Part shown: piece by piece, positions 19,514 to 29,056 of the stretch
How positions within the stretch are numbered: position 1 is the stretch's first letter
Layout: each line of letters starts with the position of its first letter
Source: a virus
DNA: 64,000 nt
Virus record (IMG/VR): IMGVR_UViG_3300040801_004562
Location: 1 to 64,000 of that record
Strand: one strand, 5' to 3'
Notes under the pieces: model-generated
What the model saw: the letters and a program-made list of their open reading frames with translations, nothing else
What the model was told of the DNA's origin: nothing
The model's database searches: none
Made by a program: the position numbers and the translations under genes

Positions 19514-19544
19514 TTTTGCAAACGTTTGCAAAAAAGGAAAGCCG

Positions 19545-20321
19545 ATGGAAGTGAATAGGGAATTCCCTCCTGATCTGAAGGGAAAGGTTGAGCTGACCGG
19601 GCAGTCGCTTATCGATAAGATGCGGGAGGCTGTAGCCCCGCCCGGTAAGAAAGGAACGTGGCTGCGGAAGCTGAACAATCACCAACTCGCCGAGGTTTAC
19701 CACCGGCTGAAACTCGGCCAACCGGCGTACAAGATCGCGCAGATAGCCCAGGTAGAGTGGGGATACCACAAGAAGTCCGCTATCAAATCCCTTGCCCGGG
19801 CTGTCCGTAAATTCAAAGAGGACATGCTCGGTGACCTCACCCTTGAAAAGACGAGTCCGTTCCCAAGTAGGGCAGAGGAGGGAAAGAAGCTCTCGAAACG
19901 TGCCCAGAATATAGTCAAGATGCTCGATTCGATGGGGAGGTACCGCTGGGCGATTGAGTGCCAGACTGAACGTGTTGCCATCCTGCGGGAACGAGAGAAG
20001 AATGCCATCCCCTTCAAGGCGACGGAGGATGCAATCCGGACACTCTCCGACATGCTTGACCGGTACACCCATCTGGAGATCAAACTCGGTACGCTCGACA
20101 GCAAGCCGTCAGAGATCAACCTGAATATCAAAGGAAGGTTTGACGGCCTGCTGCAGCACACGGTGCAGCCCGGCACTGCGGTTGTGGAGGCCACGGATAA
20201 GTGGCTCTCGCTTTGCGAGAAGAACGCCCTTACGCTGAAGCTCGGTGAGGATGGTGCCTACCGGCTTGAGGCCCCGGAGGAAGAGTTTGATGCTTGCTCA
20301 CCAAAAAGTCCTCCCGATTGA
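19545..20321 (+). CDS. probable terminase small subunit
   Basis: HTH-like helical protein directly upstream of TerL. Confidence 0.55.
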   Translation: MEVNREFPPDLKGKVELTGQSLIDKMREAVAPPGKKGTWLRKLNNHQLAEVYHRLKLGQPAYKIAQIAQVEWGYHKKSAIKSLARAVRKFKEDMLGDLTLEKTSPFPSRAEEGKKLSKRAQNIVKMLDSMGRYRWAIECQTERVAILREREKNAIPFKATEDAIRTLSDMLDRYTHLEIKLGTLDSKPSEINLNIKGRFDGLLQHTVQPGTAVVEATDKWLSLCEKNALTLKLGEDGAYRLEAPEEEFDACSPKSPPD

Positions 20322-22332
20322 TGCTGCGGTGGCACTTGCGATGGAGGTTGGGCAGAGCATGGATGCCCGCCTCACCCCGCAAGAGTCCCAGATGATTCAG
20401 CTCATTGCCCAGAGCTGCAAGACTCTCGACGTCGACGGGACGCCCTTTGTCTACCTTGAGGAGCTGCGCGGTTTTGTAACCAACCTCCAGAAGGCGATCG
20501 TTGAGAAGGACAGCAGCTTCCTGATGCAACGTCGTGGCCTGCGAGTGGATCGCGTGGTGGACGTTCAGGAATTCGTCGAGTCCAGAGAGTTCATGGGACA
20601 GGCCGGATACATCCGGCCCAAGGTCCTGGAAGGTTTGATCGAGCTTTTCGGGAACGAGCGCTACATCGAATGCGTCTTGTCCGGCTCGATCGGGTGGGGT
20701 AAGACGTACTTCGGGTATATGGCAATCGGATATATGATTTATCTGCTATCCTGCTACCACAACCCGCAGGCTGAGTTCGACCTCGCCCCCGGAACGACGA
20801 TTGTCTTTATCCAGCAGTCGAAGACCTACCAGCTCGCCAAAAAGGTCGTATTCGAGCAATTCAGCGAGCTTTTGCGACAGAGCCCGTATTTCAAGAACTC
20901 ATTCCCCTATGATCCTGGGGTGAAGTCCGAGCTGCGGTTCCCAAAGAACATCCTGGTCCTGCCTGTCGGCGGTTCCGATACTGCCGCCCTCGGCATGAAC
21001 GTCTTTGGGGGGATCATCGATGAAATGAACTTCATGCAGCGCACGCGGGACAGTGTGAACGTACAGCACACGAACGAGGAGGAATACGATCAGGCAGAGA
21101 GGCTCTACACGACGATCCGACGTCGTATGACCTCCCGCTTCATGCAACGTGGAAGACTCCCCGGAAAGCTGCTGCTTGTGTCCTCTGTGAACTACCCGGA
21201 CGACTTTACCAGCAGGAAGATGGAGGAGGCCCGAACAGACCCCACCATTCTTGCCATCACCCATAGCCAGTGGGCGGTTCTGCCTGCTGACCGCTTCTGC
21301 GGAGACACGTTCCTCGTAGAAGTCGGCAACGAGTTCAAACAGAGTCGTATCTTACGGTCCATAGAGGAGGCAGTGGACGTCAGCGACGTACTGAACGTCC
21401 CGGTCGAGTACCGTACGGAGTTCGAACGCGATCTGGAATCCGCCCTTCGCGATCTGGCTGGGGTGACCAGTGGGACCCGAAACCCCTTCATTCCCTACCG
21501 GCAGGAGATTATCCAGGCTGCGGAGGAATTCGGCAAGGCCACGGATGGTCGGCAGCTGTTCAGAATGCCTGAGATCAACATTAACGAGATAGCAGACGCC
21601 AGTGCGCCGGATTGGAGCCGTATCGTGGACGTCAGCTATATTGATGAGTGCCTGCTTGACCGGTCCCAGCCCTTTGCTGTTCACCTTGACGTTGCTCTGT
21701 CCGAGGACTGCTGCGGGTTGGCGGTGGGCCACATAGCGGGGTACAAGATGCTGCCCAGCACGAAGTTTTACAGCGAGCGGCGAAGGGAGTTCGTTGAGAT
21801 CCGTGACATACGCGCCCCAATTTACCAAATAGATGGTGTGCTGCGCGTAGTGCCGCCGCGTGGAGGAGGTGAGATCGACCTGCAGCTTTTGCGGGACCTC
21901 GTATTGTGGCTTCGAGGCGAGCTGTTTATCAAGTGGGGGACGTGCGACAGTTACCAATCTGCCATGATGATTCAGGCGTTTAGAAAAGCGCGGGTGAGAT
22001 CCGGTGTCCTGTCTGTTGATCAGTCCATAGCACCGTACACGGAGCTGAAACTGGCCACGAAAGATGGTAGGCTGCTGATCCCATACCACGAGATGTTGAT
22101 GAAAGAGATGCGCGAGGTCGAGAAATGCCCGGATAAAGACAAGGTTGACCACCCACCCGGCGGGAGCAAGGACTGTGCTGACGCAGTTGCCGGTGTTGTC
22201 TTCATGCTGCAGACCAAGGAGGCCAGCTACGGCCGACCCGTGGCATCGAGGAGGACCGTCGACGGCCAGTCGGTGGCCAGAGGCGGCGGGAGAGTCCGTA
22301 AAGTGAGGATGGGGAATTCCAGACGACGGTAG
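20290..22332 (+). CDS. terL: terminase large subunit
   Basis: GSIGWGKT, GIIDEMN, HLDVA, DSYQS, DHPPGGSKDCADA. Confidence 0.9.
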   Translation: MLAHQKVLPIDAAVALAMEVGQSMDARLTPQESQMIQLIAQSCKTLDVDGTPFVYLEELRGFVTNLQKAIVEKDSSFLMQRRGLRVDRVVDVQEFVESREFMGQAGYIRPKVLEGLIELFGNERYIECVLSGSIGWGKTYFGYMAIGYMIYLLSCYHNPQAEFDLAPGTTIVFIQQSKTYQLAKKVVFEQFSELLRQSPYFKNSFPYDPGVKSELRFPKNILVLPVGGSDTAALGMNVFGGIIDEMNFMQRTRDSVNVQHTNEEEYDQAERLYTTIRRRMTSRFMQRGRLPGKLLLVSSVNYPDDFTSRKMEEARTDPTILAITHSQWAVLPADRFCGDTFLVEVGNEFKQSRILRSIEEAVDVSDVLNVPVEYRTEFERDLESALRDLAGVTSGTRNPFIPYRQEIIQAAEEFGKATDGRQLFRMPEININEIADASAPDWSRIVDVSYIDECLLDRSQPFAVHLDVALSEDCCGLAVGHIAGYKMLPSTKFYSERRREFVEIRDIRAPIYQIDGVLRVVPPRGGGEIDLQLLRDLVLWLRGELFIKWGTCDSYQSAMMIQAFRKARVRSGVLSVDQSIAPYTELKLATKDGRLLIPYHEMLMKEMREVEKCPDKDKVDHPPGGSKDCADAVAGVVFMLQTKEASYGRPVASRRTVDGQSVARGGGRVRKVRMGNSRRR

Positions 22333-22362
22333 AGAGCCGTAACGAAGACGAAAGGAGGAGGC

Positions 22363-22674
22363 ATGATACGAGACGACGTGAGACCCCCGAAGATCATCCA
22401 CAGCAAGGCGCCGATGTACCGGAGGAAATTCGGTGCCATTATGAACACCTTCAAGACCCGGGTGATGGCTGGGGCGGACCAATTTCTGGGGCCGCAAGCC
22501 TTTGAACCCACAACAGACAACCTGCTGAACTATCGGACCCAGCTCGTGAAGACGATCAAGGCGGGAATGCTGGAGAAAAAGGACATGGAGGTGGAGATCG
22601 CCACGCTGGCGGCCATAGTCTGGTTCCTTCGCCTGTCGGCAGATGAGCGGTCGTCCATCACTGGCCTATGGTAG
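22363..22674 (+). CDS. hypothetical protein
   Basis: RBS AGGAGG. Confidence 0.7.
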   Translation: MIRDDVRPPKIIHSKAPMYRRKFGAIMNTFKTRVMAGADQFLGPQAFEPTTDNLLNYRTQLVKTIKAGMLEKKDMEVEIATLAAIVWFLRLSADERSSITGLW

Positions 22675-22764
22675 GCCGGGAGGAGGCCAGACGGAGGACA
22701 GCGGTAGGCCAGTAGGAGGCCCGACGTTTTTGCAAACGTTTGCAAAATGACCGCAGCGCTCAAC

Positions 22765-23335
22765 CCTACCCCCCACCCCTACGGCGGGGGAACTGATCAC
22801 AACGTACCGGGGAGGCGTAATCCCTCCCCCTGCCACCAATCGGGGGGCGAACCCATAAGTTCCCCCCACAACCAAGCACCCCTACCCTATACGACCCGGC
22901 GGGGAAACCATGACGCATCCCACCCCAAACAGTCCCCCTCATAGGGAGGCTTCCCACGCTCCTGAAACGCCCCCACCGGGAGGTCTTGTTCAATGATTCC
23001 AGGTACTTAAGTATATCGCCCCCTCGCCACCGCCCCACCCCGTGAGGCCAACGGCGGGGGAATAGGTAGATCCCCCCACGCTACCCCCCACCCTGCGGGG
23101 AATGGGACCCCAGGTGTAGGAACCTGACTGATGACCCGACCCCAAGACTATGGTGTGCCATCCATAAGACCCAACGAACGGCGGGGGAGGTAAGCAGGAG
23201 GCCCAATAGAGGTATAAGAAGCGGCCCGAAGACGTATCCTGTCCATCCTGCCCATGCCCAGGAAGGAGGGCGGGGGGAGTGAGCGCTGAAACCCTTCTCC
23301 TGCCTACCCGTAAGGAGGGCGGGGGAGTGAGTAAG
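22765..23335. repeat. C-rich/G-tract non-coding region with CGGCGGGG(G)A and GGAGGGCGGGGG(G)AGTGAG repeats
   Basis: Copies near 22782, 22897, 23052, 23179; 23264, 23314. Confidence 0.7.
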
Positions 23336-23352
23336 GACCAGCAGAGAAGGAG

Positions 23353-23500
23353 ACCGTAGCGTCCGAACCAGAGCGTAAGCAGCAGAGAGGCACCGGAGCT
23401 TCCGAGGTACCATAGAGCGTCACCGTAGCTTCCGGTTCACCGTAGAGTTACCATAGAGTTACCAGAGAGGAACCGTAGAGTCACCATAGCTTCCGAACCA
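23353..23500 (+). repeat. ACCRTAG-type short repeats, five in exact 11-bp register
   Basis: Starts 23353, 23392, 23409, 23422, 23439, 23450, 23461, 23472, 23483. Confidence 0.85.
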
Positions 23501-23759
23501 CCGGCGACCGAGATCAGGCTCGCCCAGAGCGCCCAAGTGGAACAGATGCCCACGTGCCCGCTGCCTTCCTTGTCGATATGCCCGGAATCGACGCCGCGCG
23601 CCCGCGTATTCGTGCGAAACAGAAGGCCCGCGACACGAAGACAACCCTAAAATCTGGACCCGGCGAGGTGGCCGGTGCCGCTTTTACAACCTGAAAAATC
23701 GGGCGGGGTGGTGGTAGTTGACGAAAAATGTGACCTTTTGAGTGGGGAGGCGTTATTTC

Positions 23760-23788
23760 TTGACAAAATGCGTTACCTTTGATAATGT
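23760..23788 (+). promoter_or_regulatory. sigma70-like promoter
   Basis: TTGACAaaatgcgttacctttgaTAATGT. Confidence 0.55.
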
Positions 23789-23809
23789 GGGGGATGATGG
23801 GGAGGAGCG

Positions 23810-24256
23810 ATGCGGGGTTTGAGCGGAGCGATGCGGGTATGCCTGCGTGGGCTGGGGAGGGAGGTGAGGAAGGTGTGGATTTGGAGCGATGGGATCGAGG
23901 ATCGGGTGCGGGAGAGGATAGCGGACGGGGTGTGGAAACAGCGGAGCCTGCGGTCGATGGAGCTTGTGCTGTATGCCCGGATGGGCGGGGCTGAGGTGGG
24001 CGGGGAGTATGATCCTTTGATGCGGCGGTATGAGCTGCGGTGCAAGCGCTGTGGTGGGCTGGTGGCCTGGATTGATGCGGATCTGGCTGAAGAGGCGGGG
24101 ATGGAGATTGAGCTGGAGGCTGCGAAGCATGCGTGCGGGGAGCAGGGTGGTGCGGTTGGTGAGGTGGAGAGGGTGAGGTTTTGCAAACGTTTGCAAAAAC
24201 GGACGCGGGTGATCCGGATGGGGAAGGGAGGGGGTAGGGGTGACGAGAGCGATTAG
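23810..24256 (+). CDS. hypothetical protein with CxxC
   Basis: RBS GGAGGAG; first gene after promoter. Confidence 0.65.
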   Translation: MRGLSGAMRVCLRGLGREVRKVWIWSDGIEDRVRERIADGVWKQRSLRSMELVLYARMGGAEVGGEYDPLMRRYELRCKRCGGLVAWIDADLAEEAGMEIELEAAKHACGEQGGAVGEVERVRFCKRLQKRTRVIRMGKGGGRGDESD

Positions 24257-24605
24257 GTTCAATGTGGAGGAGGAGCAACGGCCGAGGGTGAAGCGGGTGC
24301 TGCTGAATAAAATTGTCGGGTACTCGCCGGAGATGGGGGTGATGGTGTATGAGGATCCGAGGGATGGCTGCCGGTATGGGGTTTACTTGCGGACGGGGGC
24401 GAAGAAGAGGTTGGATCTGTTCGATGTGAGGGTATGGACGGTGGGGCCGGATGGGCGGCAGCGGGAGGTGGTGACGGAGGTGTGCCAGTTTGTTGATCCG
24501 CCTGAACCGGCACTGTCGCATGCACCAGAGTGTGAATGTATTGATTGTCGGAAGAGGCAAAAGGCGTTGGAATTCGTTGATGACTTTGGACAGCCGGGAG
24601 ACTGA
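24240..24605 (+). CDS. hypothetical protein
   Basis: Operon packing; C-terminal HxxxCxCxxC. Confidence 0.6.
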   Translation: MTRAIRFNVEEEQRPRVKRVLLNKIVGYSPEMGVMVYEDPRDGCRYGVYLRTGAKKRLDLFDVRVWTVGPDGRQREVVTEVCQFVDPPEPALSHAPECECIDCRKRQKALEFVDDFGQPGD

Positions 24606-24829
24606 TGATGATTAGAGAGATGAGCGATGGGATGGCGAGGAGTATCCGGATCAGTGTGTACCTGAAGGATGGGAGGAGCTTCCGGCAGAGGAATGTGCCG
24701 CCGAACTTCTTCGGGGACCATGAGCGGGTGGTGTCGTTTTGGGAGGGGGACGTCCTGATGGTGTATCCGATGCGGGATGTGGAGCATGTGGAGTACCACT
24801 TTGAAACTACCACCACGGTGACGGTGTAG
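24605..24829 (+). CDS. hypothetical protein (ends TTTTVTV)
   Basis: TGATG overlap. Confidence 0.6.
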   Translation: MMIREMSDGMARSIRISVYLKDGRSFRQRNVPPNFFGDHERVVSFWEGDVLMVYPMRDVEHVEYHFETTTTVTV

Positions 24830-24838
24830 GGGGGGGGT

Positions 24839-25312
24839 ATGAGTCGGGCGTATGTGAATGTGGTGGGGACGCTGGCGATAGCGACGGCGGTGGTGGATCA
24901 TATCCAGAGGGAGCAGATGGGGAGGGGGTTGATTGAGACGGGGGAGTTTTGCCGGGAGCTGCTGGAGAAGATCGTGTCAACCTGCTGCAACTGGCCCGGT
25001 GGGTATGATCGGGAGAAGGTGTTTTGGGAGGTGCATGCGAAGCTGGACAAGTGGGAACGGGAGAATATAGGGTCGGTGGTGAATGTGCCTGCGTTGGTGT
25101 CGGCTGTGATCCTGTTGCTGTCGGAATTGTCGGTTGCGCTGGGGAAGTCGCCCAGGAGGAAGGTGATCGATGAGATTACGGAGGGGATGGCGGTGCTGTA
25201 TGATGCCTACGAACGGCATGCGAGCGAGATCGGGGAGGATATTGAGCCAGAGGTTGCCCGGTCGTTGGATGTGGCCGGGGTGTATGCCAAACTGTTGGAG
25301 AAGAGGAGATAG
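24839..25312 (+). CDS. hypothetical protein
   Basis: Operon packing. Confidence 0.65.
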   Translation: MSRAYVNVVGTLAIATAVVDHIQREQMGRGLIETGEFCRELLEKIVSTCCNWPGGYDREKVFWEVHAKLDKWERENIGSVVNVPALVSAVILLLSELSVALGKSPRRKVIDEITEGMAVLYDAYERHASEIGEDIEPEVARSLDVAGVYAKLLEKRR

Positions 25313-25314
25313 GG

Positions 25315-25596
25315 ATGAGTGGGTGGGTGTCCATTGGGGATCAACGTGATGATCAACTGCCGGAGATGGATGAGCCGGTGTGGCTGTTCCTGCCTGCCCG
25401 GGCGTCGTGGAGGCCGTCGATGGTGATCGGTTGCCGGGCTGATAACCAGAATGGGCACTGGTACTGGTGCCGGTGCTATGATGATGTCTGGTATGATGAC
25501 CGGGACGGGCGGTGGAAGACCTGCACGGCTGAGCCGGAGGACTACCGGCCGACGCACTGGATGGCGCTGCCGATGCCGCCGGAAAAGGAGCGCTGA
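25315..25596 (+). CDS. DUF551-like protein
   Basis: WVSI..QLPE...THWMALPMPP. Confidence 0.75.
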   Translation: MSGWVSIGDQRDDQLPEMDEPVWLFLPARASWRPSMVIGCRADNQNGHWYWCRCYDDVWYDDRDGRWKTCTAEPEDYRPTHWMALPMPPEKER

Positions 25597-25597
25597 G

Positions 25598-25822
25598 ATG
25601 GAGGATCAGCAGATGTCCTTCTGCTTTGTGCTGTCACTCGTTGCGGCGGGGGGATTCCTGGCGTTTTGGGTGTGGGCGGGGAAGGCGATATGGTTTGCCT
25701 GCAGGACTGGCTGGGGAAGGACTGCCGGGATGGTAATGATGGCAGTTGGAATCCTGCTGACTGGGGTTTCTTTGGGAGTGGTCGTAATGATGATTGTCAT
25801 GCTCGTACAGGGAAGCGATTAA
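25598..25822 (+). CDS. small two-TM membrane protein
   Basis: RBS AAGGAG; two hydrophobic helices. Confidence 0.55.
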   Translation: MEDQQMSFCFVLSLVAAGGFLAFWVWAGKAIWFACRTGWGRTAGMVMMAVGILLTGVSLGVVVMMIVMLVQGSD

Positions 25823-25962
25823 ACCGATATGGGGGCCAAGACCGGCGAAATTGAAAACATCAAATAGGATAAGTCAGTATCGAACGTGGGACGCCTTGGA
25901 TGGACGTCGACACCTTGACACTATGCCGGTGGCCCCCACCACCACAATGAGAGGAGAAGAGG

Positions 25963-26370
25963 ATGAGATGGAAACCGGACCGACCGTTGTCGGAAGCGCT
26001 GATGAAGAAAGCCGGGTTTGTGGAGGAGACAGAGATCGAACCTGTGAACCGGGGGTTTGACCGGCTGGGGGACTGGCGGAAGTTCAGCCAGCGGATGGAA
26101 GAATATCTGCAAGGGCCGATTTCCAAGTACGGGGGAAAGCGGAAGTTCAATGATCTGCTGCACTATACAGGACTGCGGGTGATGTGCTGGAATCTGCTGA
26201 AGTATTCGCTCAGAATCTGGCTGGGTCAGGGGAAGCGGCATGATTTCGAAAAGCTGGCCCATTACGCGCAGATGGCGTGGACGAGGGCGAGGGCGGAGGG
26301 GCGGCAGGCGCCGTTCTTTGTAGAGGATGAGGTGCAGGAGCGAGAGTTTATCGTTCCGGAGGGAGACTGA
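25963..26370 (+). CDS. hypothetical protein, DUF3310-like C-terminus
   Basis: NLLKYSLR..G.G..HDFEKLAHY. Confidence 0.5.
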   Translation: MRWKPDRPLSEALMKKAGFVEETEIEPVNRGFDRLGDWRKFSQRMEEYLQGPISKYGGKRKFNDLLHYTGLRVMCWNLLKYSLRIWLGQGKRHDFEKLAHYAQMAWTRARAEGRQAPFFVEDEVQEREFIVPEGD

Positions 26371-26372
26371 AA

Positions 26373-26651
26373 ATGACCGAGCATGTGATTGTTCCGGTGT
26401 GCGCGTGCCCGAGGTGCAAGGCGAAGATGGATGCGGTAACCCCAATGTCGGGGAAGCGGCTGCAGATGCCGAAGCCGGGGGACTTTACGTTGTGCTCCCG
26501 GTGCTTCGCCCTGCTGAGGTTTAATGCGGAGTTGGGGCTGGCTGCGGCGACGACGGCTGACCTTGACCTGTTGACCAAGGAGCAGAGGGAGACACTGGGG
26601 AATGCGGCCCGGATGCTGTGGGCACAACGGGTGGCGACGAATATGAACTGA
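26373..26651 (+). CDS. Zn-ribbon hypothetical protein
   Basis: CPRC...PKPGD.TLCSRC. Confidence 0.65.
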   Translation: MTEHVIVPVCACPRCKAKMDAVTPMSGKRLQMPKPGDFTLCSRCFALLRFNAELGLAAATTADLDLLTKEQRETLGNAARMLWAQRVATNMN

Positions 26652-26662
26652 GGCGTTTTTAC

Positions 26663-26691
26663 TTGACGAAAACATTTATCTTTGATACAAT
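26663..26691 (+). promoter_or_regulatory. sigma70-like promoter
   Basis: TTGACG-17 nt-TACAAT with extended TG. Confidence 0.7.
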
Positions 26692-26732
26692 GGCCCAAAC
26701 CTGAAGCCTTAACCCAAGGAGGTGATGCGGGA

Positions 26733-26948
26733 ATGGCGTTCAATCTGTACAATCGGAACGGAGGACCGGCGCTGAAGCAGTGGATGTACGATGCTTTGAA
26801 CAAAAGCGACCTCACCAAGGAAGAGTACGAGCTGCTGGCGCGGGAGGGCTTGCTGGTGATTGAGGATGGCGGCTGGAGGGGGAACGTGTGCGACCGGTGG
26901 CGGAGTCTTGGCTTCAACTCGGCCAAGATACATGACTTTTACCCCTGA
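26733..26948 (+). CDS. hypothetical protein
   Basis: RBS AAGGAGGT. Confidence 0.6.
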   Translation: MAFNLYNRNGGPALKQWMYDALNKSDLTKEEYELLAREGLLVIEDGGWRGNVCDRWRSLGFNSAKIHDFYP

Positions 26949-26966
26949 ACAAAAAGGCGGTGGGAG

Positions 26967-27452
26967 ATGGATTGGAAAGAGGAGGCGGAAAAGCTGGCGG
27001 ATAAGGCCAGATTGTGGAACGAGGAGCAGTTCCGGGATCATGGGGAAGTTATGCCCATGGTGGTTATCCAGAAGGGGGAAGATACGGCGATGATTCCGCT
27101 GCCCTGGAATAGCGAGCGGATGAAGGTTGCGGTGACTCGTGCAATGAACGACACGCTCAAGAAGATGCAGCCCGACATCGCGCTCTTTTCGTCGGAGTGT
27201 TGGATGGCGGCGATGAGGAAGGACGAGTATGCCCCTGGTGTTCGTCCGAGCGAGCATCCGGAACGAATCGAAGCCGTGATGATCCTGGTGCAGTGGAAGG
27301 GGGGAGCGATCCTGCGGAGCTACCCGATTCTGGAGTCGGCGGGGATGCGGTATCTCGGGGACCTGATCCGTGACTTGAGTGATGACGGCAGTAAGATGCA
27401 GCTCACGTCGCAGATGTTCAAGGGGGTCTTTGAAGAGGTGGGGCATTCCTGA
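26967..27452 (+). CDS. hypothetical protein
   Basis: RPSEHPERIEA motif; operon packing. Confidence 0.65.
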   Translation: MDWKEEAEKLADKARLWNEEQFRDHGEVMPMVVIQKGEDTAMIPLPWNSERMKVAVTRAMNDTLKKMQPDIALFSSECWMAAMRKDEYAPGVRPSEHPERIEAVMILVQWKGGAILRSYPILESAGMRYLGDLIRDLSDDGSKMQLTSQMFKGVFEEVGHS

Positions 27453-27485
27453 TGCTGAAAACGTTTTGCGGAAACGGAGGAAGCC

Positions 27486-27929
27486 ATGCGGATTTTGGTC
27501 TGTGGGGACAGGGACTGGGAGGATGCGGTGCTGATCCACCGGGCGTTGAAGAGCCTGCTGCCGGGGTTGAAGGCGGTTGTGCACGGGGACTGCAAGGGGG
27601 CGGACAGGCTCGCGGGGGAGGCGGCTTCCCGGCTTGGGCTTGAGGTCTCACCTGTGCCTGCACAATGGGGGAAGTTTGGGCGGGCGGCGGGTCCCATCCG
27701 AAATTCGGTGATGCTTAAAGAGAATCCAGAAATTCGACTGGTGCTTGCTTTCCACGACAATTTGGAGGCGTCGCGGGGGACAGCGGATATGATCAAAAAG
27801 GCGCTGCGAGCGGGGAAGCTGGTACGGCACTGGTTCCACGGGGAGAATGGGAGGTCCTGTGTCCGGTTTATATTTCCGAGGGAGTCTGCGAGAGAGGCTG
27901 CGAATGTTAAAAATGCTGACCCTTGTTAA
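27486..27929 (+). CDS. SLOG family (DUF2493/YspA-like) protein
   Basis: LVCGDRDW, VHGDCKGAD, AGPIRN, SRGTADM. Confidence 0.85.
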   Translation: MRILVCGDRDWEDAVLIHRALKSLLPGLKAVVHGDCKGADRLAGEAASRLGLEVSPVPAQWGKFGRAAGPIRNSVMLKENPEIRLVLAFHDNLEASRGTADMIKKALRAGKLVRHWFHGENGRSCVRFIFPRESAREAANVKNADPC

Positions 27930-28647
27930 GGAGGAGCCGGTTGCGTTCCGGCCGCTGCCGTGGACGGAGGTGACCGTGCCGTGGATTGAGGAGCAGAGCT
28001 TTGGGGAGTGGCAGATCGACACGATGCGGTTGCCACTCCTGCGGGGGTACTTCCGGGGACTGCGGTCGCTGCAAGCCCCCATCATTCGGTTGAAGAGGGG
28101 GGACACCCTCTGGATGAGCACCACGCCGATGGAGCTGGAGAGCATGCAGCCTGCACTGCATGAAATGTCTGGACATGTGGTGATAGCGGGCGGGGGACTG
28201 GGGGTCTCGGTTTATAATGCGCTGCGGAAACGAATGGTTTCCAAGGTCACGATGGTGGAGATTGATCCGGGGGTTGCCAACCTGATCCGGCACCTCTCGG
28301 AGGGGTGGCCCAACAAGAGGAAGCTTGAGATTGTGGTGGCTGATGCGCTCGACCCAGGACCCATCCCGGATGTGGACTTTTTGTGGGCGGATATCTGGAT
28401 GGAACTCGGATCCTCGGCGGCCCTGCAGGATGTGCTCAAGATTTACCGGGCGATCCCGGCGGGGGTGGTTGCGTGGTGGGGGATGGAGCTTGATTTCCTC
28501 GTCTGGATGGAGGGAGTGGGGTCCACCCGGCCACCGACGGAGGAGGACTGGGACGAGTTTGCCGCCTCCACCGGACTGCCGATAATGAAGGCGGAGCGGC
28601 AGTGGCGGTATGCGGTCGATGCCGGGAGGAACGTCCTTCTGTCCTGA
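27904..28647 (+). CDS. spermidine-synthase-like SAM-binding protein
   Basis: VIAGGGLG, VEID, VADA, ADIW. Confidence 0.7.
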   Translation: MLKMLTLVKEEPVAFRPLPWTEVTVPWIEEQSFGEWQIDTMRLPLLRGYFRGLRSLQAPIIRLKRGDTLWMSTTPMELESMQPALHEMSGHVVIAGGGLGVSVYNALRKRMVSKVTMVEIDPGVANLIRHLSEGWPNKRKLEIVVADALDPGPIPDVDFLWADIWMELGSSAALQDVLKIYRAIPAGVVAWWGMELDFLVWMEGVGSTRPPTEEDWDEFAASTGLPIMKAERQWRYAVDAGRNVLLS

Positions 28648-28675
28648 TCCAAAAACGGTTTACACCTTATTATAT

Positions 28676-28706
28676 AGGGGGGTCCAAATGGGCCCCCTTT
28701 TCTTTT
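28676..28706 (+). terminator. intrinsic terminator
   Basis: GGGGGTCC-aaat-GGGCCCCC followed by T tract. Confidence 0.65.
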
Positions 28707-28730
28707 GCGAAAAAACTGCGGAACGACGAT

Positions 28731-28784
28731 TTTTTGCTTTAGTGCGCGAAACTTCTTGACGATAAGAATAACATAGGGTAAACT
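28731..28784 (+). promoter_or_regulatory. repeated early promoter element, copy 1
   Basis: GCTTTAGT..CGAAACTTC-TTGACG-17-TAAACT. Confidence 0.85.
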
Positions 28785-28838
28785 GTCCTTGAAAATTGAA
28801 AACAACTGACCCAAGCCAAACGGCAGAAAGGTGTCACC

Positions 28839-29021
28839 ATGAAAAAACCCACCCAGAAAAAAACGGATCTGATCTACTCCAGCCTGAGCGGCCTTATCTG
28901 GTTCGATCGCCTCTCCCTTGATCGGCAGGGTGAAATTTGCATCGCGATTGCGGAGCGCCTGACCCTGGCAGAGTGCAATGATCGCCTTGTAGTATGGGAA
29001 GAGGCAAAATACGTTTCCTGA
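28839..29021 (+). CDS. hypothetical protein
   Basis: RBS AAAGG, directly after promoter. Confidence 0.55.
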   Translation: MKKPTQKKTDLIYSSLSGLIWFDRLSLDRQGEICIAIAERLTLAECNDRLVVWEEAKYVS

Positions 29022-29056
29022 AGACCCAAGCCTTTAATGGCAGAAAGGAGTCTGAA

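Noticed and set aside
23514-24560. 348-aa Pro/His-rich minus-strand ORF and other long minus-strand ORFs (e.g. 10138-11712, 33364-34518, 47538-48779)
   Set aside because: Shadows of + strand genes caused by codon bias/G skew; no RBS or motifs
27452-27475. Weak palindrome-like sequences here and at 41265
   Set aside because: Too many mismatches to count as copies
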